64,000 nt of DNA from Candidatus Kapaibacterium sp. Its GTDB lineage: Bacteria; Bacteroidota; Ignavibacteria; Kapaibacteriales; NICIL-2. The first letter of the stretch is position 1, and the number at the start of each line of letters is the position of its first letter. Below the pieces are notes generated by a model. It had not been told where the DNA came from. It saw nothing but the letters and a program-made list of their open reading frames with translations, and did no database searches. This document shows positions 27,666-38,156 of the stretch, piece after piece. The translations under genes and the position numbers were made by a program. The DNA lies in assembly GCA_026003475.1 (NCBI GenBank), contig BPHJ01000001.1, positions 613,189 through 677,188 on the forward strand. Reading direction: 5' to 3'.

Positions 27666-28955
27666 ATGGCGATGGACCTTCTCTTCGAACGCATTCGCAT
27701 TGTAAGTCCGCTCGACAAACTCGACAGCGTAGGTTACCTCTGGGTTCAACACGGCAGCATTGTTCACTGTAGCACCGAGCCACCAGCGAACATCCCTCCA
27801 ACGACCTGCCGCATTGCCGCTGATGACTGGATGGCTGCGCCCGGATTTGTGGATATGCACGTACACTTACGCGAACCAGGACAGACACACAAAGAGACCA
27901 TTGCAACGGGCTCTGCAGCCGCAGCGAACGGCGGATTCACCGACATTGTCTGCATGCCCAACACCGAGCCACCGATTGACACACCAACAGTCATCGAATA
28001 CATCCAACGCCGAGCGACGGGGTTGGTGGCCGTGCACGTCTGCGCTGCGATTTCGGTGGGACGTCATGGAGAAGTGCTAACCCCGATGGAGCACCTGCAC
28101 GAAGCGGGGGCGGTTATGTTCTCTGACGATGGATCCTGTGTGCGAAGTGCGGAGTTGATGCGGCGAGCATTCGAGTATGCTGCGCCCTTCGACGCATTGC
28201 TGAGCCAGCATTGCGAGGAACATTCTATGACCGACCGGTTCGACATCAACGAGGGGGCTATTGCAATGCGGCTCGGTCTTCGCGGATATCCAAGTGTTGC
28301 CGAGGACATCATCATCGCCCGCGACATCTTGCTGGCCGAATACTGCGGCAACCGACGCTACCACGTTTCGCACATGAGCACGCGGGGAGCAGTTCGTTTG
28401 GTGCGGTTGGCAAAGTCGTGGGGCTTGCGTGTGAGCGCAGAAGTGACGCCACACCATTTTACCTTGACCGAAGATGCTGCCGATGGCTTCAATACGAACG
28501 CTAAGATGAATCCACCCCTGCGCTGCCGTCACGATGTGGAAGCAATCCTCGAGGGACTTGCCGATGGCACCATCGATGCTATCGCCACCGATCATGCTCC
28601 CCACGCACCAAGCGAGAAAGCACAGCTCTTTGCCCAGGCTCCCAATGGGATTATCGGATTGGAAACAGCGGTGGGGTTGGCCTTGACGGAGCTCTACCAC
28701 AAGCGGAAGTTTCCCCTGACGCGGATTGTTGAATTGATGAGCGTTGCACCACGCCGTATTCTGCAACTACCGCAGCCACGGATTGCCGTTGGAGAACCAG
28801 CAGTGCTGACCATCGTTGCCTTGGAGCAGGAATGGACCGTCGAGCCAGAACGCTTTCGCTCCAAATCTCGCAATACGCCATTTGGTGGGTGGCTCCTTCA
28901 GGGAAAACCACGGTTTGCCATCAACCGAGGGCAGGTGTGGGAATGCGAGCTTTAG
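27666..28955 (+). CDS. pyrC: Dihydroorotase
   Basis: DMHVHLREPG, CMPNT, HCEE, HVSHMST, KMNPPLR, ATDHAPH, SKSRNTPF. Confidence 0.95.
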   Translation: MAMDLLFERIRIVSPLDKLDSVGYLWVQHGSIVHCSTEPPANIPPTTCRIAADDWMAAPGFVDMHVHLREPGQTHKETIATGSAAAANGGFTDIVCMPNTEPPIDTPTVIEYIQRRATGLVAVHVCAAISVGRHGEVLTPMEHLHEAGAVMFSDDGSCVRSAELMRRAFEYAAPFDALLSQHCEEHSMTDRFDINEGAIAMRLGLRGYPSVAEDIIIARDILLAEYCGNRRYHVSHMSTRGAVRLVRLAKSWGLRVSAEVTPHHFTLTEDAADGFNTNAKMNPPLRCRHDVEAILEGLADGTIDAIATDHAPHAPSEKAQLFAQAPNGIIGLETAVGLALTELYHKRKFPLTRIVELMSVAPRRILQLPQPRIAVGEPAVLTIVALEQEWTVEPERFRSKSRNTPFGGWLLQGKPRFAINRGQVWECEL

Positions 28956-28985
28956 CGACGACCGATACATTATCGGGCAAGCATG

Positions 28986-28993
28986 TATTTTTG
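28986..28993 (+). promoter_or_regulatory. Bacteroidota-type -7 promoter element heading the cytochrome c-ctaB-SCO-act operon
   Basis: TATTTTTG, 46 nt before ATG 29040. Confidence 0.55.
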
Positions 28994-29039
28994 CGCACCG
29001 CTACGATCGCTCATCACACACTACCGCCAAACGAACGTT

Positions 29040-29561
29040 ATGCGATGGCTTTCGAGGATCTCCGCCGCTGTGATTGTTGCCACGATGTTTGCCGCTTGTA
29101 ACATTCGCGGCTTTTTTATTTCGCAAACCGACGATCCCGTCTGGCATGGTCCCTCCGAGGAGCAAGCAGCCGGTGACCAAAATCAGTCGCTTGGAGCAAA
29201 GCTATACAATAAAAACTGTGCATCTTGCCACCAGACGACAGGCAAAGGAATTGCTGGCAGTATTCCGCCACTTGCTGGGTCAGCGCTGGCAAATAGCGAG
29301 GATGTTACTAAGCCGATTCGAATTGTCCTGCATGGCTTCCGTGGTGCAATCATTCGAAACGGTGTCAAGTACAACGGCGTGATGCAGCCCTGGCATTCGG
29401 TTTTCAGCGACGAAGAAATCGCAGCAATTTTGACGCATGTGCGGACAAGCTGGGGAAACACTGGTGGCGAGGTCAAACCCGAAGATGTTGCACGCGTGCG
29501 CGAAGCTACCCAGAAGCGCACCACGCAATACACCGAAGCTGAACTTGAACAGCCGCTCTGA
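29040..29561 (+). CDS. Monoheme c-type cytochrome lipoprotein
   Basis: Lipobox MFAAC; CASCH; PPLAGS, YNGVM, SDEEIAAILTHVRTSWGN. Confidence 0.9.
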   Translation: MRWLSRISAAVIVATMFAACNIRGFFISQTDDPVWHGPSEEQAAGDQNQSLGAKLYNKNCASCHQTTGKGIAGSIPPLAGSALANSEDVTKPIRIVLHGFRGAIIRNGVKYNGVMQPWHSVFSDEEIAAILTHVRTSWGNTGGEVKPEDVARVREATQKRTTQYTEAELEQPL

Positions 29562-30481
29562 TGGTAACCAGCGCTGTTCCTGTCCCGGCCAGTCAAGCTG
29601 AGATTCCTACCACAGCATCCCAACGGCTGCGGGCGATCCTCGAACTGAGCAAACCCGGCATTACGTTGATGGAGATCGTCACCGCTGCTGTGGGATTCGT
29701 TGTTGCTGAACCTTGGCAACACACAGGAGTGGGGATGGTGTTGATTCGGTTTGCTGCACTTTCGGCAGGTGTGCTTTTTCTTGGTGCCAGTGCTGGTGCG
29801 TTCAACCATTTGCTCGAGCGATCAACCGATGCACGCATGCAGCGAACATCGCTGAGGCCGTTACCTGCAGGGAAACTTGGCGCTGGAACAGCATTGCTGT
29901 ATGCAGTTGGGATGTTAGTCGCTGGTACGGCTATACTGTGGATGGTTGGATGGAGGGTAGCGCTGCTTGGCGTTGCGACGGTAGCGCTATATGCACTTGC
30001 CTACACGCCGCTCAAGACAAGGACTGTTGCTGCACTTTTCATCGGCGGAATACCTGGGGCACTACCTGTTGTCGGTGGGTGGGTCGCCGGTGGTGGCTCG
30101 ATCGCATCGGCGGAAGCAGTCATTCTCGGCGGCATCATGTTCTGGTGGCAATTGCCGCATTTTTTGGCACTGGCAGTCATGTACGCGGAGGATTACCAGC
30201 GTGGCAAGATCGCACTCATCGGCGGAGGTAACCGGTCAGTCCTTTCATGGCACACACTCGTGTATTCAGTGTTCCTGGTTGCGACCAGTCTGGCATGGGT
30301 CGTCTGGGGGAAAGGTGGTTACCTCTACGCAGTCGGCTGTGGAACGCTGAGCGTCTGGCTTCTTGTTCAATGTGTGCGGCTTGTCCGCCAGCCATCGGTT
30401 GCCCAGGGGCGCCGTGTCCTACTGGCAACCTACATGTTCTTGATGGGTCTGTTTCTCCTTGCAGCGGTGGATATCCGATGA
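29561..30481 (+). CDS. ctaB: Protoheme IX farnesyltransferase (heme O synthase)
   Basis: LSKPGI, N..LERSTDARMQRTSLRPLPAG, YTPLK, GGIPGALP, WQLPHFLAL, DY. Confidence 0.93.
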   Translation: MVTSAVPVPASQAEIPTTASQRLRAILELSKPGITLMEIVTAAVGFVVAEPWQHTGVGMVLIRFAALSAGVLFLGASAGAFNHLLERSTDARMQRTSLRPLPAGKLGAGTALLYAVGMLVAGTAILWMVGWRVALLGVATVALYALAYTPLKTRTVAALFIGGIPGALPVVGGWVAGGGSIASAEAVILGGIMFWWQLPHFLALAVMYAEDYQRGKIALIGGGNRSVLSWHTLVYSVFLVATSLAWVVWGKGGYLYAVGCGTLSVWLLVQCVRLVRQPSVAQGRRVLLATYMFLMGLFLLAAVDIR

Positions 30482-31068
30482 CGCCGATCGCTCGGAATTT
30501 GGTAGCGTTGGGTTTGGCAGCTACTGTGATCACCGGCTGCAGCAGCAATGAACAGCAGCCGTGGGCAGAACTTCCAACCATCAAGAAAGCGCCCCAATTC
30601 AGCGTTGTCAACTACGATGGTACGGTGCTTACCAGCGCTCGGCTTCAAGGGACACCCTGGGTTGCATCCTTCATGTTTGCTACCTGTGAAGGTGTCTGCC
30701 CGATCATGAATCACCATCTGGCTCAGATGCAGCGCGACTATGGTGATGCTGTTCGATTCGTTTCGTTTAGCGTGGATCCGGAAACCGACAGCTTGCCAGT
30801 CCTTGCTGCATATGCACGGCAATACGGTGCTCGTCCTGGGGTGTGGTTCATCACGCGGACACAGCTTGATTCTGTTCGTGCGTTGTCGCGGGATGGTTTC
30901 CTCCTTTCCGACCCCATTACACCGGACCTCCACAGTTCGCGTTTTGTGCTCGTTGATGAGCAGGGCATGATCCGGGGTTACTTCAACAGCCTGGATTCCT
31001 CCGACGTTGCCCTGCTACGGTCGCTGTTGGTGGCTTACGTTCGCAATCACTCGGGGAAAGAGCGATGA
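30478..31068 (+). CDS. SCO1/SenC family copper chaperone lipoprotein
   Basis: Lipobox ITGC; F.FATCEGVCP (CxxxC); SVDPETD; HSSRFVLVD..G.IRGY. Confidence 0.92.
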   Translation: MTPIARNLVALGLAATVITGCSSNEQQPWAELPTIKKAPQFSVVNYDGTVLTSARLQGTPWVASFMFATCEGVCPIMNHHLAQMQRDYGDAVRFVSFSVDPETDSLPVLAAYARQYGARPGVWFITRTQLDSVRALSRDGFLLSDPITPDLHSSRFVLVDEQGMIRGYFNSLDSSDVALLRSLLVAYVRNHSGKER

Positions 31069-31613
31069 ATAAGGTACTGCGATCGCTCTCCGAAGAAACG
31101 CTCCGGACCGTGATTTATGCAATTGCGGTGGTGGTAAGTGCGCTGGTTGCGTTTCTGATTGCTAATCCTGGCTTGCTGCGCGTTGGCACGCTGGACGTCT
31201 CGTATGCACCGCCGTTCCATGCGTTCTTGAACGGTACGGTTGCCGTGCTCTTGATTGCTGGCTACGCAGCGATCCGACAGCGCAAGATTACGCTCCACCG
31301 CACACTCATGTTGAGCGCATTTGCACTTTCGACCCTATTTTTGATTTCGTACGTGATTTATCACTCGCAAAAAGCTGAGCCAACGTATTTCCATGGCACG
31401 GGACTTGTGCGGGTGGTGTATCTGGTTATCCTTGTCACACACATCGTCCTGGCAGCGATCATTGTCCCGCTTGCACTCTTTACGATCGTGCGGGCCTGGC
31501 GTGGTGAAGTTACCCGACATCGCCGCATTGCCCGATGGACGCTGCCGTTGTGGTTGTATGTTGCAGTCACGGGTGTTGCCGTGTACGTCATGCTGTATGC
31601 ATGGCGCTGGTAG
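31065..31613 (+). CDS. DUF420 (CtaM/YozB-like) membrane protein
   Basis: HAFLN, H...MLSAF.LS.LFL.SY..YH, IL.THI.LA, HRRIARWT.PLWLYV.VTG..VY. Confidence 0.9.
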   Translation: MNKVLRSLSEETLRTVIYAIAVVVSALVAFLIANPGLLRVGTLDVSYAPPFHAFLNGTVAVLLIAGYAAIRQRKITLHRTLMLSAFALSTLFLISYVIYHSQKAEPTYFHGTGLVRVVYLVILVTHIVLAAIIVPLALFTIVRAWRGEVTRHRRIARWTLPLWLYVAVTGVAVYVMLYAWRW

Positions 31614-31637
31614 TCGAACTAATCGGTAACAGAGAGC

Positions 31638-32393
31638 ATGTTCTCGCAACGCATAGATCGCATTCTCAAGTTCAGCATCCTCGGTGGTGGTGCCGTTCTT
31701 GGCATTGGTGCGCTGGTGCTCTACTTTGGCATGCGGAACGACGTCAGCGATGTTGGGTACCGGCCACAACAACCGGTGCCATTTTCGCACAAGCTCCACG
31801 TGGGTGAGTTGCACATTCACTGTCAGTACTGCCATGCGGGAGTGGAGCAATCGGAACATTCGCCAATCCCCACAACGAGCACCTGTATGGGGTGTCACAT
31901 CGTGATCAAGGCCGAAAGCCCTAAGCTGCAGCTTGTGCGGGATAGTTGGGAGAAAGGCATTCCCATTCAATGGCGGCGCGTCCACAAACTTCCGGACTAC
32001 GTCCACTTCAATCACTCGCGGCACATCCGCGCCCAAATTGATTGTCAATCCTGCCACGGCAACGTCGAACTCCAAGGTGTGATTGCGCAGAACAAACCGC
32101 TTTCGATGGGCTGGTGCTTGGACTGCCATCGCCATCCCGAACAGCGGATAGTTCCAGCGCGTCCGATTTCTGGGATTTTTACCGGTGAGCCATTGCCGAC
32201 GACGTTCCGTGACCATTTGTTTGAACCGATCAAATCGGACCTTGTGCAGGGTGTGGCTGCGCGCGTCCACCCGATCACCGTTCCGCAGTTCGGTGCATGG
32301 GAGACGGCCGTACCCACACCGAACATTGCCGGAATACCGCATCCCAAACTGCCGGGCTTTGGTCCGGAAAACTGTTCCGCATGTCACTACTAA
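31638..32393 (+). CDS. actA: Alternative complex III pentaheme cytochrome c subunit ActA
   Basis: N-terminal TM, GY.P.QPVPFSHKLH, five CxxCH motifs (CQYCH, CMGCH, CQSCH, CLDCH, CSACH). Confidence 0.92.
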   Translation: MFSQRIDRILKFSILGGGAVLGIGALVLYFGMRNDVSDVGYRPQQPVPFSHKLHVGELHIHCQYCHAGVEQSEHSPIPTTSTCMGCHIVIKAESPKLQLVRDSWEKGIPIQWRRVHKLPDYVHFNHSRHIRAQIDCQSCHGNVELQGVIAQNKPLSMGWCLDCHRHPEQRIVPARPISGIFTGEPLPTTFRDHLFEPIKSDLVQGVAARVHPITVPQFGAWETAVPTPNIAGIPHPKLPGFGPENCSACHY

Positions 32394-32408
32394 TGGCAGA
32401 AGCATCCT

Positions 32409-35400
32409 ATGGCAGAACCGATTCAGCATGAGTTGATGCAGCAGGCATTGGAGCATTTTTCGTCCGTTGTCGGCGAAGAATCCTCCGAGCATGAGTACGT
32501 TCCACCGATGTTGGAATCACCCCTGTCGCGCCGATCGTTTATGGCGATGCTCTCGGCAGCGATGGCGGTGACTGCTGCGGCATGCCGCAGACCAGATTAC
32601 AAGCTCGTACCGGCGGTCAAAAATCCCGAGTATGCCATTCCCGGTGTGCCGCTCTACTACAGCACGTGCTACATGCACAAGAACGTTGTCCATCCGTTGC
32701 TGGTCCGTGTACGGGAAGGGCGCCCGGTCAAGGTCGAGGGCAACGATTTGCATCCCATCGTTGGCGGCAAGTCCAGTGCTCTCATCCAAGCAACGCTGTT
32801 CGAGCTTTACGACCCCGAACGCATTCGCCCCATATTGGTGGGACGCCGCCCGGGTGTGATCCCGAGCGGGAATTACTCGACTCCACAGAATGCGCTGGCG
32901 AAAATTGCCGAGTCCATTCGCCAATCCGCTGCCGAAGGGAAACTCACGCGCATTCTGATCGCAGAGCATTGTTCACCGATGATTGAGAAATTAGCCGCGT
33001 TGGTTGCCCAACACGTGCCGAATACTGCGGTAACGGTGCTCCCGTGGGCAATCGCCGATGGTGCTGCCGAAGCGACTGCGGCACTCTTCGGACTGGATGC
33101 GACACTCGTCCCCAATCTCGAACGGGCCGACGTAGTGGTCAGCATCGATGCGGATTTCCTCGGTACCGAGCGCAATTCGCTGTTCATGACGCGTGGCTTT
33201 GCAGCACGACGGCGGCCAACCAAACAGCAACCAACCATGAATCGCTTTATTGCTGTCGAGGGTCGCTACTCACAAACTGGTGCAGCAGCCGACGAACGCA
33301 TTATCATTCATCCCAGTCAGTACGAAGGCTTCCTGACGGCACTCTACAACGCCATTGCACGAGCGAAAGGCGCCAGGGCACTTGCTCATCCAACGTCCAA
33401 CGTCCAGCGGGCAGAAGCAGTCGCACGGGAACTGCTCGCTGCTGGCGAACGCGGTTGTGTCCTCGTTGGGGAGCATCTGACGGCCTATGCGCATGCTGTC
33501 GGACTGGCAATCAACTGGCTGCTTGGGAGCATCGGCACTGGTAAAGTTTTCGAACACGTTCTTCCGATGAGCGGTGCGAAGCGCGCTGCGCTTGCTACTC
33601 TTCGCGACGACCTCCGTAATGACCGCGTCGGCGTTGTGCTGATGAGTAACGTCAACCCGATGTACACCGGCGACGAGGAGCTTCGCACCCTGCTCCAACG
33701 TGTACCGCATCGCATCGCGCACAGTTTGATTGACGACGAAACGGCGCTCATCTGCTCGATCACGATACCCGCAGCGCACCAATACGAAAGCTGGGGAGAT
33801 GCTGTGGCATTCGACGGGTCGTACTGCATTCAGCAACCGCTCATCGCGCCACTACCGCTAACAGCGCTTTCGCTGGGAGAGCTTTTGTTCGGGTTGGTCA
33901 AGGAATTCAATCCTGATGCAGTTGGTGGTGCTGAAAAGTATTTCGACTTTTTCAAGCAGACCGTCCTTGCGCGCATCGGTTCTGAATCGGCATGGGAAGA
34001 ACTGTTGCGCAAAGGATTTCTGCCTGGCCAACCGACACCGATTCCATCGGCAAACCTTGCTGGGCTCGATCGCTTTACGCCAACACTTGCGGTAAGTGAT
34101 CTTGCACTCCTTGTGGTTCCCAGTAGCTCGGTTGATGATGGCTCCCACGCAAATAATCCGTGGCTGCTCGAATGTCCTGATCCGGTGACCAAGCACACGT
34201 GGGAAAATGTCGCCGTGATGTCGAAGCGCACGGCAGAAAAGCTTGGCGTTCATGATGAAGACATCGTTCGGATAACTATTGGCAACGCGGCGGTGGAATT
34301 GCCGGTGCTCACCCAGTATGGCATGCACGATGGTGTTGTGGTTACAACGCTCGGCTATGGGCGCCAGGCAGGAAAAGTTGGCGCTGGTTTCGGGCAGAAC
34401 GTGTACCCACTAACAGCATCGGGTGCGCTCGGATACTATGCTGCTGCCGTCACAAAGACCGATACGCGTTCACCTATTGCGCGGACACAGAAATATTTCC
34501 ACTCTCAATTCACCAAACAGTGGGAGCCTGATGCACCGGCAGATGCATTCCGCCCGATAGTGCACGAACTGACGCTCGATGAGTTCAAGGCAGGTAAGGA
34601 GATCAAAGGAATCGAGTTCCCCAGTGCAGGCAGGGATGGGCGCTTCGAAATTCCCCTCAACATCGTCGAAGGTTATCAGTATAAGGGGCATCGGTGGGGG
34701 ATGGTCATTGACCTTTCGGCGTGTACCGGCTGCAATGCGTGCGTGGTTGCCTGCGAGAGCGAGAACAATATCCCACCGGTTGGGAAGGACCAAGTCATGC
34801 GCGGGCGCGTGATGCATTGGATCCGACTCGACCGATACTACCTCGGCACGCCCGAGGATCCGCGCAGCGTTGTCGAACCGATGCTCTGCCAGCATTGCGA
34901 GAATGCACCATGCGAGAATGTCTGTCCCGTCGCGGCAACGGTGCATTCGCCGGAAGGGCTCAACGAAATGGTGTATAACCGTTGTGTGGGAACGCGCTAC
35001 TGCTTGAATAACTGTCCCTATAAGGTGCGGCGGTTCAACTTCTTGGCGTACTTCCAGCGGTTCTACAAGGAACGGCTCGGGACGGAGCAACCGCACCCGC
35101 TTGATTTGGCGATGAATCCCGACGTGACGGTGCGCATGCGTGGGGTGATGGAAAAATGCACCTTCTGCGTTCAGCGCATCAATGAAGCCAAGTATCATGC
35201 CAAGGACAATGGCCACGCCCGCGTTCCCGATGGTGCTGTGCAGACCGCCTGCGAGCAGGCATGCCCTGCCTCGGCGATCACCTTCGGCAACCTCAACGAC
35301 TCGGGTAGCCGTGTGGCACAACTACGACAGAGCGAGCGATCGTTCCTGGTGCTCGAAGAGCTCAACGTTCGTCCCTCGGTGACCTACCTTGCGAAAGTTC

Positions 35401-35426
35401 GTAACACTACTCCTGCTGCGGTATAG
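32409..35426 (+). CDS. actB: Alternative complex III subunit ActB (molybdopterin-oxidoreductase-like domain plus Fe-S domain)
   Basis: Tat motif SRRSFM followed by [15 protein letters not shown]; Fe-S motifs [41 protein letters not shown]...CEQACP. Confidence 0.94.
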   Translation: MAEPIQHELMQQALEHFSSVVGEESSEHEYVPPMLESPLSRRSFMAMLSAAMAVTAAACRRPDYKLVPAVKNPEYAIPGVPLYYSTCYMHKNVVHPLLVRVREGRPVKVEGNDLHPIVGGKSSALIQATLFELYDPERIRPILVGRRPGVIPSGNYSTPQNALAKIAESIRQSAAEGKLTRILIAEHCSPMIEKLAALVAQHVPNTAVTVLPWAIADGAAEATAALFGLDATLVPNLERADVVVSIDADFLGTERNSLFMTRGFAARRRPTKQQPTMNRFIAVEGRYSQTGAAADERIIIHPSQYEGFLTALYNAIARAKGARALAHPTSNVQRAEAVARELLAAGERGCVLVGEHLTAYAHAVGLAINWLLGSIGTGKVFEHVLPMSGAKRAALATLRDDLRNDRVGVVLMSNVNPMYTGDEELRTLLQRVPHRIAHSLIDDETALICSITIPAAHQYESWGDAVAFDGSYCIQQPLIAPLPLTALSLGELLFGLVKEFNPDAVGGAEKYFDFFKQTVLARIGSESAWEELLRKGFLPGQPTPIPSANLAGLDRFTPTLAVSDLALLVVPSSSVDDGSHANNPWLLECPDPVTKHTWENVAVMSKRTAEKLGVHDEDIVRITIGNAAVELPVLTQYGMHDGVVVTTLGYGRQAGKVGAGFGQNVYPLTASGALGYYAAAVTKTDTRSPIARTQKYFHSQFTKQWEPDAPADAFRPIVHELTLDEFKAGKEIKGIEFPSAGRDGRFEIPLNIVEGYQYKGHRWGMVIDLSACTGCNACVVACESENNIPPVGKDQVMRGRVMHWIRLDRYYLGTPEDPRSVVEPMLCQHCENAPCENVCPVAATVHSPEGLNEMVYNRCVGTRYCLNNCPYKVRRFNFLAYFQRFYKERLGTEQPHPLDLAMNPDVTVRMRGVMEKCTFCVQRINEAKYHAKDNGHARVPDGAVQTACEQACPASAITFGNLNDSGSRVAQLRQSERSFLVLEELNVRPSVTYLAKVRNTTPAAV

Positions 35427-35428
35427 CT

Positions 35429-36883
35429 ATGGCAACTGTGACAACAGCACATCATCCGACTATGCATGTGGATGGTCTCCGCCATGAGCGCGAACCGCTC
35501 GTGCTTGGCGAACCTACGTTGCATGACATTACCGCCAAGATTGCTCACATTGCAGAAGACAAGCCAACGCCGAAATATCTGCTTGCGTTGAGTTTTACTG
35601 CTGCAATCGCTGCGTGGGGTGTTGGGTGCATTCTGTACACGATCCTGACGGGCATTGGTGTCTGGGGGCTCAACAATCCCATCGGCTGGGGTTGGGACAT
35701 CACCAACTTTGTTTTTTGGATCGGGATCGGACACGCTGGCACGCTGATCTCTGCAATCTTGTTTCTCTTCCGCCAGAAGTGGCGCACCGCAATCAATCGT
35801 TCTGCCGAAGCAATGACCATCTTTGCGGTGATTTGTGCTGGGCTGTTTCCGCTCATCCACGTAGGACGGATTTGGTTCGCATACTGGCTGATTCCATATC
35901 CGAACCAAATGCAGATGTGGACAAATTTCCGCTCTCCGCTTGAGTGGGATGTCTTTGCTGTTTCGACGTACTTGACCGTCTCGCTCATTTTCTGGTTCTT
36001 GGGAATGGTGCCAGACTTAGCATCACTCCGTGACTTTGTCAAGAACAAAGTTGCCAAGCGGATCTACAGCTTGTTCTCGCTGGGGTGGAGTGGATCAATG
36101 CGACACTGGCACCACTACGAGATGGCATACCTGATCCTTGCTGGTCTTTCGACACCACTTGTGCTTTCGGTGCACTCGGTCGTGTCGCTGGACTTCACCG
36201 CAGGGATTCTACCGGGGTGGCATACGACTATTTTCCCGCCCTACTTTGTTGCAGGCGCGATCTTCTCGGGCTTTGCAATGGTGATGACGCTCCTTGTGAT
36301 CGCTCGTGAGGTTCTGGACCTGAAGGAGTACGTCACACTCAAGCATTTGGAAAACATGAACAAGATCATCCTGGCCACAGGGATGATGGTAGGGTATGCT
36401 TATGCGATGGAGTTTTTCATTGCCCAGTATTCGGGCAACCCCTACGAAGCCTTTGTGTTCATCAATCGCGCCACCGGTGACTATGCCTGGGCATATTGGA
36501 CAATGGTGCTGTGTAATGTTGTCTCTCCCCAGGTATTCTGGTCACGCCGTTTGCGACGAAACGTCCCGCTGATGTTCATCATCTCGATTTTGGTCAACAT
36601 TGGCATGTGGTTCGAGCGCTTTACCATCATCGCGACGAGTCTGCACCACGACTTTCTACCAGCAAGCTGGGGATACTATACGCCAACTTGGGTTGAAGTA
36701 TCCATCTTTGCTGGGACGTTTGGCATTTTCCTGACGCTGTTTTTGTTGTTTGCCAAATACATTCCCGTGATTGCGATTGCGGAGGTGAAGGCAATATTGC
36801 CGACTGCGCAACCGCACCATCACGCCCATGCTGCTGCCCACGCACCAGAGCATCCGCAGGTTCAACCAACCCAGACTGCCTAA
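35429..36883 (+). CDS. actC: Alternative complex III quinol-binding subunit ActC (NrfD family)
   Basis: [70 protein letters not shown]. Confidence 0.95.
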   Translation: MATVTTAHHPTMHVDGLRHEREPLVLGEPTLHDITAKIAHIAEDKPTPKYLLALSFTAAIAAWGVGCILYTILTGIGVWGLNNPIGWGWDITNFVFWIGIGHAGTLISAILFLFRQKWRTAINRSAEAMTIFAVICAGLFPLIHVGRIWFAYWLIPYPNQMQMWTNFRSPLEWDVFAVSTYLTVSLIFWFLGMVPDLASLRDFVKNKVAKRIYSLFSLGWSGSMRHWHHYEMAYLILAGLSTPLVLSVHSVVSLDFTAGILPGWHTTIFPPYFVAGAIFSGFAMVMTLLVIAREVLDLKEYVTLKHLENMNKIILATGMMVGYAYAMEFFIAQYSGNPYEAFVFINRATGDYAWAYWTMVLCNVVSPQVFWSRRLRRNVPLMFIISILVNIGMWFERFTIIATSLHHDFLPASWGYYTPTWVEVSIFAGTFGIFLTLFLLFAKYIPVIAIAEVKAILPTAQPHHHAHAAAHAPEHPQVQPTQTA

Positions 36884-36885
36884 CG

Positions 36886-37455
36886 ATGGACCGCAAACCA
36901 ATTGCCACCGTTGCAGAATTTCACGATCCGAACACACTTGTTGCAGCCGCCAGCACAATCCACCAGCGCGGCTACACCAAATTCGATTGTTACACGCCGT
37001 ATCCTGTTCACGGACTCGACCGCGCGATGGGAGTGCGGCGTACGATCTTGCCGTACATTTCGTTCATTGGCGGCTTGAGTGGGCTTGCATCTGCCTTGCT
37101 TCTGCAGTGGTGGACCGGTGGATATGACTATCGCCTCAATATTGGCGGCAAGCCATTTTTTGCTATTCAGTTTTCCGTTCCCGTTGACTTCGAACTGACC
37201 GTGCTCATCTGTGCATTCTTCACGCTCTTCGGGTTGTTGCATTTGTGTCGGCTGCCAACTTGGTGGCACCCACTGCAGGATGATCCATCCTTCCGCCGAG
37301 CGACAGATGATACCTTCGTTGTTGCAATCTTTAGCGATGACCCGCGCTACACGAGCGCTGACACGCAAGAGTTGCTCCGGTCGGTCGGAGGGGCGAACGT
37401 GCACGTCCACTATGCCCGGCAGAACCCAGTCGAGGATGTTGCACCTATTGGCTGA
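36886..37455 (+). CDS. actD: Alternative complex III subunit ActD (DUF3341)
   Basis: YTPYPVHGLD.AMG, IGGKP, PV.FELTVL, R.TDD.F. Confidence 0.92.
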   Translation: MDRKPIATVAEFHDPNTLVAAASTIHQRGYTKFDCYTPYPVHGLDRAMGVRRTILPYISFIGGLSGLASALLLQWWTGGYDYRLNIGGKPFFAIQFSVPVDFELTVLICAFFTLFGLLHLCRLPTWWHPLQDDPSFRRATDDTFVVAIFSDDPRYTSADTQELLRSVGGANVHVHYARQNPVEDVAPIG

Positions 37456-37499
37456 AACAACGCTTGCATTTCATGATGAACCAACCGCACTGAGCATCA

Positions 37500-38156
37500 A
37501 TGAGCACACCCTTGAAAATCACGCTTGCAATTGTCGCGGTCTTATTGGCAACGTTTACCATCGGCGTGCTGTCGGGAAAAATCTGGTGGTTTAGCGAAGA
37601 GCCACCGCTGATGGTTATTCCTGACATGGACGACCAGTTTCACCTCAAGCCGCAAGGTGAAGCGCATTTTTTCGCCGATAATCGTGCGCAGCGGGATCCG
37701 GTCGAAGGTACGCTCCCACGCGTAGGGCGAACATATCCATTCGCAATGGGGGATGTTGATTCCGCCGAAAAGTATTTCGCTGCTGGAAATCCGCTGCCTA
37801 AAACGGAGTATGTCCTTGCACGGGGACAGAATCGGTTCAACACGTTCTGTTCGCCATGCCACAACTACACGGGCACGGGCGATGGTCTTATCCAAAAGCG
37901 CGGGTTCGGTAATCAAGAGACGATGAACCTTACTCGGCAGCAAGCGCGAGAATACAGCGATGCGAAAATTTTCCACGTCATCAGTGCCGGGCAGAATATC
38001 ATGCCAGCGTATGCAGATCGTATCGCGGAAGTTGATCGCTGGGCGATTGTGCACTACGTCCGGCTGCTTCAGGAAACCCCCGGCACATTGCCGACCCTTG
38101 GCGGACACGCAGCCAGTGCAGCAGCAGGTTCCACTAACTCCAAACGCATGCAATGA
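37500..38156 (+). CDS. actE: Alternative complex III monoheme cytochrome c subunit ActE
   Basis: PDMDDQ..KPQ....FF.D.R..R.PVEGT..R, CSPCH, MP.YA, DRWAIVHYVR.LQ. Confidence 0.9.
   Translation: MSTPLKITLAIVAVLLATFTIGVLSGKIWWFSEEPPLMVIPDMDDQFHLKPQGEAHFFADNRAQRDPVEGTLPRVGRTYPFAMGDVDSAEKYFAAGNPLPKTEYVLARGQNRFNTFCSPCHNYTGTGDGLIQKRGFGNQETMNLTRQQAREYSDAKIFHVISAGQNIMPAYADRIAEVDRWAIVHYVRLLQETPGTLPTLGGHAASAAAGSTNSKRMQ

Noticed and set aside
31335..32492. Long antisense ORFs (385 aa here; also 15494-16504, 43951-44853, 60219-61376 and others)
   Set aside because: They lie opposite well-conserved genes, have no recognisable motifs, and are expected shadows of GC-rich codon usage.
32409..35426. Catalytic molybdoenzyme (e.g. 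polysulfide or nitrate reductase)
   Set aside because: The context with ActA/C/D/E/F and the fused four-cluster Fe-S domain identify it as ActB, which does not bind a molybdenum cofactor.
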